A stretch of DNA of 64,000 nucleotides from contig OZ025785.1 in NCBI GenBank assembly GCA_964019425.1, positions 1,054,001 to 1,118,000 on the forward strand, written 5' to 3'. Every line of letters starts with the position of its first letter. Position 1 is the first letter of the stretch. The notes beneath the pieces are model-generated. The model did no database searches and was not told the DNA's origin. It saw only the letters and a list, made by a program, of their open reading frames with translations. A program made the position numbers and the translations under genes. Of the stretch, positions 50,801-62,800 are shown in pieces. The stretch is from Flectonema sp. DT1601. Its lineage: Eukaryota.

Positions 50801-53800
50801 CGACGCTGTACCCTGAGCCGGTGTTTTCGGTGGTGCCTGTGACATCGGAAGATGAGCAGCAGAGGAAGGGGATGGTGACGATCACGGGTCCGTCGAGCCT
50901 GCGCGTGGCCGGAGACTACGAGGTCAGTTGCTGGGCGGACACCTGGGGACCGGAAGGGGAGATGGACTCTGGTATGCCTGACCTGACGAACTACCAGGCA
51001 CCGGGCGGTGTCGTTTGGACGCCGGTTGGGGTGGTGACGGGAAGCGGGGGCGAGTGGGTGGCCCGCCAGCAGCTGCAGGATATCCTCGACGCTTCGTCCA
51101 ACCAGATAATCCGCAGGCGGTGCCTCGGATGTTCCCAGGAATTCACGTTCATCAAGATGAAGAAGCACTTCGGCAACCTCGGCGAGGTGTTGTCGAAGAC
51201 GTGGTCGTCGGCGGTCGCGGTCGGAGACTACGAGGTTTACAACACGTACCGGGATGCCGTGCTCGGGGTGGACAAGTGGGTGGACGCCTGCAGTGCATGC
51301 GAAGGCCAGACGGACACAAGCTGCCCCCAGGGGATCTGCGTGTTCGAAGGAACCTGCAAGCCTGCGTTCGAGGTCGGCTTCCCGGGAATGTGTGGCGGGG
51401 GAAGGGTGTGGACCCCTACCGGGGTAGAGGGGCAGGACGTGCTGACGACGGCCAAGCACGTCACGTTCGCCGTTGAAACCGCTCCGGGGTGCACGCCTCG
51501 GGTTGGAAAGGCTGCCGACTCGGAACGCATTCGGGTGGTGGATGCGAGAACGTTCGACGAATGCGTCAAGAATGTGAAGGAGACGTACAACGGTTTGACC
51601 GAGCGGGAGGCAACGGCGGCAAGTTGGAAGAGTTCAAACGGCAAGTGCTTCGCTGTGGTCGGTGTTTGGGGAACCAAAACGCGGGTCAGAAGGGGGACGA
51701 CGAATTTGGCCAGGTGGCGCACATGCGACTTCCCAGCTGTCAACAAGTACTCGGTTTCGGTCGGGGGTTGCGTGTGCTACGGTGAACTGTGCCCTTGCAG
51801 CTCGCCGCCGAGAAGCAACCCGAACCTGAGAAAGGTGTGCGGGGTGAAGGTGATCCCTGCGGCGGCTGACCACCTGACGTGCCTCGACCGTCCGAAGGAC
51901 ACGTTCGTTGGACAGGAATTCGACGTGACGGTGGCGGTGCGCGATGTGTACTCGAACCGAGTCGCCTCCGTGAACGAGGGGACGGTGACTGCGCATTTCA
52001 AGGGTCTGTCGAGCCCTGCGGGGGACATTGTTTCCGGGGTGGCGACGGTGTCGATGGCGCTGAAGAAGTATGGCGACTTCAAGGTCCAGGTGACGTCGGA
52101 CCTGGCAAGCCTCGCGAATAAGGTGGCGCGTTGTCCGGCAACGGTGTTGAACGACGAGGAAGACAACTGCCCACCGCACAGGGTGACCTGTCCGATCGAG
52201 GACGACAGGTGTTGCGATGGAAAGGTTGCTTGCCCGGGGGCCAACAGGATTAAGGTGTGCCCCGGTGACTTGACCACGATCACGTTCGCGACGCATCCGC
52301 CGCACAACGTGCCGTGCACGTCGGAGAAGCGTCAGCAGTCGGAACAGATGATCCCGAAGATCACCATTAAACTCTTCGATGAGGAGGGGAACCTGAAGAT
52401 CCTGCGGCCGATCAAGGTGAGCATCATGCTTGCGACGGCGACGAACGGGGCTGCGCCGTCGGAGGAGGGAAGGTTGTCAGGGACGGTGTCGAAGGACTCG
52501 GTGGGGGGAGTCGTGGTGTTTGACGACCTGTCGTACAACGTGGCGGAAAGGATCGGTCTCAAGGTAGAGGCGTTTGAGCAGGGCGCGGTTGTGTCGGGAG
52601 TGGACATCACGGTGCAGCGCAAGTCGACGGCGATCATCAACGTGTGTCCGGGAGACATCTGCAAGATCGAAATCGAGGATTCACCGACTACCTGCACCTT
52701 CGACGTGGTGACTGAAGACCCGATTGAGGTGGTTGCGAAGGATCACTTTGGCAACAACTTGCTCGACCATCAGGTTGAGGATTGCGAGATCTCGGTCAAG
52801 GTGAAGAAGACGGGGACGCCGGACGGATTATTCTGGGTTCGCGTGAAGGACGGTTCGTCATCGAGCGAGGATCGCTACAGCCGCGCCCGATTGGGGCACA
52901 CGGTGACGAAGATCAGCGAGACTTCGTTCATCATGTACGGTGGTTCGCTGGTTCGGCGCGAGGACCGTGACTTTGAACACCTCGGAAGGGCCAGTGGACG
53001 CATCGATCGAGAGTGGGGGGACAGACGTGTTTGGAGGTTCGACGTCTTGACTTCGGAGTGGACGGTGGTTTGGTCACCTCCGGAAACACCGAGCTTCAGA
53101 ACCGAGGGAGGCGACGTTCCTGCAGAGGGAGTTGTTGGAGGAAGATGCCTGTACCTCGGCGGACGTCGGCCTGCGGAGAGCCAGCTGGGGAACTGCAACG
53201 AACACGGTCCGACGCAGAAAGCCGGACACGCTGGGGAGTTGATTGGGAACAAGTTGGTCGTGTTCGGAGGGTTTTCCCCGGGTAAGTTTCGCACGGGACA
53301 CTACTCTGGTGACGTGTGGATGTATGATGTGGTTACCAATCTTTGGAACCAGGTGGACGTCAGGGACAGTGAAGTCAAGTTCGGGGGCTACATGATGGCG
53401 TCGGCATCGTACCGCAGGCGGTTTTACGTGGTAGGCGGAACTGCTAGTGAGTTCGTTCCTGGAGAAAGCAACGGCCGCTTTTTTGCTCAGGGGAAGGCCA
53501 CCCACTTGTACTACTTGGACCTGAGCACCGCGGTGACGGTGAGCGTAGCAACCGAGACACCGAAGGTGTCGTGGGTGAAGGTGCCGATCGGCGGAAATGA
53601 CCATCCATACATCTATTTGGGATCATCGGCTATTCTCATTGGAACAAGGTTGTACGTCACCACCGGTAGGTCGATCGGGGAAATAGCTGACGACGTCGGA
53701 ATCTACTCGATTGATCTCGAAAACGTGAACGGAGGGTGGAGGGTGGAGTCGCGCATCTTGCCGTACGTGTTTAACCACCACACTGCGTTCGACGCGGAGA

Positions 53801-56800
53801 CGAGGGAGATCATCATCTACGGAGGACAGGAGAGGTACGAACAGGCGGTCGGCCATACAGTTTTCACTGAGCAGTCGCGCGTCACGAGGTCGTTCAACAT
53901 CGACACGAAGCAGTGGACGAACTTGAACCCGGGTGGGAAGTCGGGTTGTGTCGCGCAGAGCGGTTACGAGTACTTCGCGGCGAACCCAGAAAACGCGCCG
54001 GTGGTGTCGAACCGATGCAGTTTGAGGGGTGACGAGAACGCGTGTTCGTTGGCGGACGCGGGGGAATGCGCGTCGCGGACGACGAAGGGGGATTGCCTTC
54101 CTGCGGTTGGTAGCGACAGTTTCAAATGCGCGTGGCTTCCAGGCGAGGCGGGGGCCGGGGAATGCGTGGTGCCCTGCCGATGGGTGGACGCTTCGTTCGG
54201 AGGAGACAAACCCGGAAAGAGGTTCTACTCTGGAAATGCCAGGGGCCACGTCATCACCGTTGGTGGTCAAAAGAGAATGTACATGTTCGGTGGGATGACC
54301 AAGCTTTCGCCTGAGCAGCAGATGTACTCGGAGCACTTCTTGCAACCGGATGCGTATGCTGTATTTCCCGATACGGTGACGTCGTCGGACAGCGACATGT
54401 GGTACCTGGAGATGCCGAGCAGCGGTGCGAAGGAGGCGTTCGACTTGAGGCCGTACGAGAAGAACTGCCGGGCGGTAGCGGGAACTGAGACATCGTGCGC
54501 TCACTTGTGGTGGAACAAGGTGCAGTGCGAAGGAACTGCGGGGTGCAGGTGGTTCGCCGGTTCGGAGTTCGTCTCCGGGGATCAGGTTCAGTGCTCGGCT
54601 GCGGACGGGCCGGACTGCGTTGTCCTTCACGGAACAACGTCGTTCAGGATGCCTTCGTCGTCTGTTGAATTCGATAACATCATCGTGTCATCGACGAGGA
54701 AGTTGTTGGAGGATTCGATGGCTTACTGCGCGACTGTAGTCGAGGGTATGAACTGTCAGCAGCACGCAACTGAAGAACAATGCACGGGAGGGGAGGGAGG
54801 AGACTGCAGGTGGGTGGTTGAGGCGCCTACCAGGAGGATGTCGATCCAGATGTTCGTGTCGGTGAAGTGCGGGAAGAAGGATCCTCGCTGCCCGCTGTCG
54901 CCGGTCGACTTGCCGTCAAGGGTTGAATGTGCTCGTTGCAAGCTGACGGTGAACAAGCAACCTGGTGGGGAACACTTGGTGATGGGAGCTGGGAAGCCGA
55001 TCTTCACGTCGAACTTGCCGGGTCACAGTTTGAGTCCGATTACCGTTGATGTCACTGGTTCGGATGGGTCTCCGGTCACCAACCTGGACAACTCGGATGA
55101 CATTCTGAGGGACACGTCGATCACCCTTTGGCTGTCGAGAACGAGGTTCTCGTCGAACAGGGAGAGGACGTTGGAGTCGTCTACGAAGGCGATCGTCGGA
55201 ACGAGGTCGACCTTCGAGCAGAGTGACTTGTCGTGGAGCGTGGACTCGGCGCCTTCGGTGATTTGGTTGAAGGCGGACCACGCAGAGGGTGTTTGCGAGT
55301 CGAGCCACGCATGGCCGGTGAACGTTGTGAACGACCACGCTTGTGGATGGAAAGTCAGGAGCGTGAAGCAGGAGGTGAAGGCCGGGGAGGCGTTCGACGT
55401 GGACGTGACTCTGTTGGACAAGTTTGGAAACGTGGCGTACTGCGACTACCAGAGAGGGCACTGGAGGGAACCGGCTTCGGGACCTGCAAAGGTGCTGAGG
55501 ACGTTGCCAGACAGCAACGAAGACGCGTGCGCGCAGGCATGCCGCGAGAGCAGGCGCTGCAGCTCGTGGAACTTTGCCGCGGAGAGCGTGACCCTCGAGG
55601 GAGCGAATGGCGGGACCCGTATGATTCCGAAGGGAACGTGTCTTTTGAACAGGGGGCTGACAGTCATCAAGAGCCGGGGATGGGCTGAGGTGGAGGGGGC
55701 GGTGACCGGTGTTCCGGGAGGGATCTCGTGCAGAAACGGGGAGTACCTTGCGGTTGAAGCGGTGGCGGCCGACGGGGAAGCCGTTGAGGGGACGATGTTC
55801 TCGGCGACGCACGGGCTCGGGAAGCCGCGTTGTGTCGTGATGGGGGTCGAAGAGGCGGTTGCGACCCTCGTGTTCGGTGGAGACGCGAAGTCGTGCGGGA
55901 AGTGCTGCCGCGAGAACGGGGCCGGCAAGGTGGTCGAGTACCGCGAGGAAGGACACGCGACCAAGTGCGGTTGCACCGACGGGACGTTCCCTTTGGCGGG
56001 GACTTCTTCGTGCTCGGGGTTGTCTGGAGAGGGAAAGAGGTACGTGTCCGTGAGGGACATCGTCGAGGGGTTCCAGGAGGACGTGGTTTCGCACAGGGCG
56101 ACTTTCAAGAAGCTGTGGCACAACAAGGCCGAGCAGATCAAGTTGGTGTTCCACCTGCGTTCACACTTGGAAGGCGCGCCGAGCGCGGGGTGCGCTGTGA
56201 ACCCGTCGGGAACGTTGAAGGTGATTCCAAACGATCCTCACCACCTCAACCTCGAGAGGATTCCGGATGTCGTGCAGGCGTCGTGCGGAGTCGACAACCC
56301 GTTTACTGTTGAACTCGAGATTGTCGATTTCTGGAACAACAGGGTTCCTGTTTCCGACCACGTGGTCGAGATTTCGGTTGAGGTCGGCAGCGAGAGGCTC
56401 ATGGGCACGACGGTTACGAGGTCGGTGAACGGTCTCGTGACCTTCACGCTCAAGTACCAGAAGGCCGAATACTTGACCCTGTACGTGACGGATCGAAACA
56501 TCGCTTCGGGGCAACAGCAGCAGCAACAGCTGAGCATTGCTAGCGGAGCCGGAAGCAGCGAGGCTGGCAGCTGCGCGGGAAGCTGCTCAGGAAACAGCTG
56601 CTTGAACCCGACGGACAGCATGTGCTGCCTGGAGCTTCCGCCGATCAGGATCCTCAGCGGGCCTGCATACAAGTTGGTTACGATTTCCCAGCCGCCGTCG
56701 GTCATTCAGAGTTACGGAAAGGGGGATTGCGATGGGTTCGGCTACGAAGTTCAGTTGCAGGATTCGTGCGGCAACCCGATCGACTCGGAGCACGCTGGCG

Positions 56801-59800
56801 AGAGTGCGGCGGCCAAGTACGAGGGGACCGAGGTACAGGTGGTGGTGGAAACCGGTGATGCGACTCGGTACGTCGCGAGCAACTGTGACAGCGAAGTGTG
56901 CATCGGCAGGTTGGTCCCGCTGCGTCCGTTTGCGACTTTGACTTGTTCCATTGGCGGATCAAGCCGCTGTTCTTGCAGTGACTTGATCAACGAGGCGACC
57001 GTGGACATCGAAAAGGGATACGTTTCCGGGGAGGATAACCTCGTTTGCCAGGCTTGCGAGGCTGCCGGATTCGGGAGCGCCTGGGATGTGAGAAGGGGAT
57101 TGCTGACAATCTCGTCGACGGAAGCGAGGTCGCTGGACTCGTTCACGCAGATGATGAAGAGTGTCGTGTTCACGACGTCTTCGCTGGAGAGCGAAGAGCG
57201 CACCATCACCTGGAGTTACGGCCACGCGTTCTACTCGACATACACGAATCACTTCTACCATTACTACCCAAAGGCGTCCTGTCAGGATGGATACCCGGTG
57301 GGAGAGCGTGTCAACAACCGGTGCCACTGGAGGGATGCGCAGACGGCGTGTGAAAGCAAAACGGTTCTGGGGATGCGTGGGTACCTGATGACGGCGACGG
57401 ACGCCACGGAAGACGAGATCGGAAAATCGAAGATCCAGGGGAGCGGATGGATGGGAGCATCGGACAGGGCGGAGGAAGGGACGTGGGGATGGGTGACGGG
57501 TCCGGAAGGTCAGCGGGGAGGCTGCGTCTACGGAGAGGGGAAGACCGGTTGCTTGGAAAGTGAGATTGGTTTGGTGTTTGGAAGAGGCCAGGCCCCGGGG
57601 TTCAATGCCGTGATCGATCCCGCGACCGGAAACCCGTTCTACAACGCGTACTCGGAGACTGAGCCGAACGATTACGGAGGTGGTGAAGATTACCTGCACT
57701 ACTGGCCATCTGGAGCATGGAACGACTACGCGGCCGAGCAGCGAAATATCGATGGTTTCATCTGCGAGTGGGGAGGGCTCGATGAACCGTGCGCGAGCAT
57801 CGGAGAACTGTCGGGGACTTTGGTGATCAGGGCAGGAAGCGGAAGCCCTGCTGGAAAACACACTATTTTGAACCCGCCGCTCATCCTGACCGGGGGAACT
57901 TGCACCATCGAGGGAGCGCACTCTCAGGTGGACCCTGACCTGCGGTTGACGGTTCGCCTTCCGGAGTACGCGGCGATCAGGCCGGCGAAACCGAACCCGA
58001 TCGAGGTTGAACACTGCACCCCTCGCAAGCTGAAGATCACTGAGCCGAAGGGATGCAATGATCCGAAACTGCCCCTGCCGGTGATTGGAGTTCGCACTCA
58101 GATGCCTGACATGACGGTTGTTATTTTGGATCGCGATGGAAACGTTTGCGACACGACGGAGGTGCTGTCGGCGACCGACGTCGGGTGCCTGTCGACGCTC
58201 GAGGCGCCGCCGGGTGCCCGTTTCATGCGTACGAAGTCGAAGGACCAATGCATGCGTGAGTGTGCTGGTCTGGGATTCCAATACTTCGGGATGACCGAGG
58301 TGGAATGCAGATGCCACATAGCGTCGGACCTCGAAGGGTCTGAGGAAGCAGAGGGCGTGCAGTGCACATCGCAGTGCTACTCGGAAGCGCAGAACATTTG
58401 CGGTGAGGATCCGTTGTCGATCGCGATGTTCGAGATCCGGACGACTTACGGAAGGCTCGAGTACTCGACGTACACGTCGAGGGAGAACCCGAGGAGGAAG
58501 CTGGACCCTCGGTTCTCGGCGCTTTCGATCGCGGACAAGAGCTTCGCGGGAGGCGGAGGAGAGTTGTTCGGGTCGCTGGTGAAGGATGCGTTCGAGGGGG
58601 TGGTGGTGTTCGACGACACGGTTTGGCTGCCGGACCAGGTGAGCCGCGCGGCGTGTCTTGCGAACTCGAGAGCGGAGCCGTGCTCTGGGCAGCTGACGCT
58701 CGAAGTGGAGGATCAGTTCGGGGAGCTTGAGAAGGACACCTGCGTGGTGCGGTCGCAGAACGACAAGGTGGTGTGTCCGTCGGCGACGACGTTGGCTACC
58801 AGGGTCGGCGAGGAATTCGACATCTGGGCCTGGGTTGACACGAGCTTCGAAGGAATGGACGTGACGACGATCGAGTTGACGATCTTCGACGACAGCAACG
58901 AGCTTCAGATTGTTGAGGGCCCGCACCCTGAACAGGGGAATGGTGTCGTGAGCAGCTGGGTGAAGTCGGGATCGAGGTACGTGCTGACGGTGACGAGCAG
59001 CGGGGTCCTCAGGGAAGAAGACAGGGTTTGGTTCCCGAGACTCTTCTACTCGACGGTCATCCCGTCGAACATGGAGAAGGTTGACCGGACGATCAGGATT
59101 CAGTCGGACTTTGCGGAGGAGTGTCGGGTGAAGGTTCAGGTGTCGGCCGGTCTGGTTTCGAAGTGCTCGAGAAGGCTGCCGTCTTCGACGTGCTACAGGG
59201 CATGCGACTATTTTGGGTTCGAGTACTTTGCGTTGGATACGTACGGCAACCAGGTTAAGGGGGACAAGGGACGTTGCGTGTCGACGTCGACGACGCCTGG
59301 GTCGTGCCCAGGGAGGGGAACGTTCCCAGAGGGACCGCGGGGAATGGGGACTCTGAAGAGTATGTTCACCCAGGAAGCCGGACAGATCGGTGTCGGTGTC
59401 ACGACCCGTCGCAGGAACGGAGTGTTGGAGCTGTTCCTCGAGGACACCCTGCGGTATTGGAAGAGTACTTCGATTCCGATCGAGTGGAAGAACGGTGAGG
59501 CCCCGGACTACGGGAGGATCGAATCGGGCGAGCTTTGTGTTGTGTTGGACAAGGTGACCAGGTTCGCAGGTTCAGCCAGCTTGGAGACCTTCTCTTGGAC
59601 GACTGCCGCGTGCTCGGGGGTCGAGAGGTTCTTCTGCAGCGCGACGCGGGTCAATCGTAACCAGTGCAGCAACTGGATCGCGCCTCCCTACGGCCGCGTG
59701 GCGGTGTCGCAGCCGCCTCCGGTATTCACTTCGAACGGTGGGAGGGACGTTCTTTATGGGAGAACATTTTCTTACGGCAACCGCGGAAAATTCTCTTTCA

Positions 59801-62800
59801 AAGTGTACTACTTACGGGCTGTCAGGGCCCGCGAGTTGACGGCAACCTTGATCGCAACGACGGGCGAAGAGGTCGACTGTGGGTTCGGGTTGAAGACCTT
59901 CGAGATCGACATCTCCCCTGCGTTGCCGCGATACCTGAGGGCGACGATCTCGGCGAATTCGCCGATTTCGAGGGACTCGAATAATTGGCCAGTTGTTTGC
60001 ATTTCGTGTTCTTCGGTTGATTCTTTCGACGTCAGGGTGTCGTCGTGGGACTCGTATGGCAACCTCAACAGTTGGGATTGCGAGTCTGAGGACGCGTGGT
60101 CGTCGAAGATAGGCAGGGTGACGATCTCGGCTGAAGGGGTGGTTGATGGGAAGCTTGTGAAGCCGGATTCCACGGGACTCGTGGGAATGCCGGGGACGGT
60201 GGCGGAGGCAAGGGACGGGAAGCTGATGCGGGGAGGAGTGGCAACCTTCAGCGGGCTGCGATTCAACCGACCAGGGTTCGTCAAGTTCGTGGCCGAGGTG
60301 AATGAATGGACTGTGCCGACTTGGAAGCCGACGTTTCCGGTTGTGTATGCGCACTTCGAGGCGTGCCTGCCGAGGAAGCTGGTTCTGATCGAGGGAGAGC
60401 CTTCGCCGGTGGCAGGAAAGGAATTCGTGATGGGCTATGAACTCCGTGACCAGTACGACAACAGGATCACGGCTGATCCGTTCGATGTGTTGGAGAAGGC
60501 GAAGAGGTTGAGCGGCCAGGGCAGAGTTGTGAAGTTCGGGTTCACCAACGGCTATGCGAACGAGGAGCACAGCGTCGAGGAAATCGATTCCTACTACAGC
60601 CGTCACGGAAGGTACGCGCACGCGGTTACCCACTACAAGGTGTTGTACGGGACTTCTATCGTTGCGGTGAACACGAAGCTGGCTTTGGGAGTTGAGAACG
60701 AAGTCTTGATCGACCTGACGGGGACGCCGTTGGAGACGTGTTCGGCGGCGACGATCGAGAGGGATGACGAGTTGAACCTGAAACACAACGAACCGATCTC
60801 GCTTTCGGGATTGGTGCACGACGAAACGGTGCACTACGACGAGCCGTTCGCGTACGGTGTGAGCGCGTACCAGTACGACAGATGGAACAACGAGGGTATC
60901 GAATGGGAAAGCCGTTACGGAGGGATCGAGTGCAAGCTGGAGTTGTCGACGGCGACGGTGTCGTTGTCGGTTGACGGCGTCGACACGGAGGTGACGTACA
61001 CGCTGCCGTTCGTTCCGGTGGCGACGAATGAGCAAGGTGCGGGGGGAGCCCAGCTTGCGAGGGGAGTGCAGCAGCTGGATGCGATGCAGGACGCTCTGCG
61101 GGCTTGGTTCAACGAGGACGCGACGAGGACGGGGCTCACCAACACGGTGCCGTTTTCCCGGGCGGGATCAGATACGAAGGTTCCGTACTTCGTGCCGAGT
61201 CTGTTGATGGGGCAGAGGATGGGGGACGACAGGAGGCCGGTGGCGTACAGGAGTTCGATGGTTTGGTTCAGGCAGACGTTCTCGAGGAGGGCGACGGGGA
61301 AGTTCAAGCTGCTGACGACGTGCGTCCGTCTGGACCGAAGCGCGTTTCGAGTGGACGATCCGCAGGCCCCGCAGCGGTTCAGCAAGGAAACCGCGTACAT
61401 TACGGTTGAGAGGAACGCCATCGAGCTTGTCCGCGAGCCGCCGAGGAACCCGTGCAGGCGTGCGGGAGACGCGGCGTACTTCATCGCGAAGTTGACCCTC
61501 GCGAACGGCGACGACCTCGTGAGCTTCCCGACGGGAGTCCGTCTGATGTACACGATGCTTTCGGTGGACTCGAGGACGACTTCGGGGCCGTTCGCTTGCG
61601 ACGACGCGGTGGTCGTAAAGCGGGAGACTTCGCACGCGGACTTGTCCCAGGAATCGCCTCACACGGTTTGGGTGAGGTGTTCGATCAACAGCGACAACTC
61701 GGAGTCGAACTTGCCGGCGGGGCTGAACTTGAACGGTATGAAGGATCGCAGGCAGTCGTGGGTCGTGGACCTGCCTGGGCGTCCGACGATCATGCAGGAC
61801 ACGTTGGGCGGGGAGGTGGCTTCCGGGTACTCTTCGGTGGAAGCGGAGTTCATCGAGTTCATCCACGCGTGCACCGACAAGATGGTGAGCGACAGTCGCC
61901 CGCCGAGGGAGGTTGTGGTGAACACGCCGTTCTCGCTGAAGGTGACTTTGAAAGACAGGTTCGAGAACAACGGCGGTGTGTACACGATCACGGTGAACGC
62001 GTACAACGTCAACCCGGAGGGTTTCGTGGGTGATTTGAACACGCATTTGGTGAGCCAGTTCACGAGCAGCGCCCAGAAGGACCAGTCGCTCGGTGCGAAC
62101 GACTTCGCGACCGGGGGGGGAGTGGCGTCGTTGTCTGGGTTGTACGTCGACAACGAGTTCCTGAGGGACGCGTCCGGCGAGGAAGGATTCATTTGGGTGG
62201 TCGCTTTCGTGAAGAAGAACTCCGGGAAGGGATGCGATGCCGGGTGCGACCCTCACTTGGAGGGATCGCTTTCGTGCAAAAATGGTGCGGTCCCCCACCC
62301 AATATTTGGATGCGTCTCCTACAACTTCGGGCGCATTCTTGTGACGCCTGACAAGTTCGAGAGCTGCCACTTCGTGAAGTTCCCTGGTCCTGACGGCATG
62401 ATTGCGGGGTCGAGGTTCGCTGAAGATTTTGAAGTCGTCTTGGCCGACCAGCACGGTCTGAGGATCCACGAGTGGGGGCACACTGACGAGGCGAAGATGA
62501 CTGTGGTCGGAAAAGACAGCAAGACGCCTGGGTACGGACTGAATTTGTTCATGGATGCTGTTGGCCTTTCGCCCATCACTTCTCCGAAGGAAACGGAAGC
62601 GGGCGGACTTTTTGTAGTTGAAATGGTCGTGGGTGGGTTGGCGGAAAACGGTGGACAATTCTCGAACTTGAATGGGCAAACCGAAGACGAATGGTGGGTT
62701 CTTCGGGTGGTGTATGTGAACACCGAGCCAAGGGGTCTTTTAGAGATTTTCAGTAGCGACAAGGATACATTCAGCATCTACGTTCCGTTGCCTGAGGACC

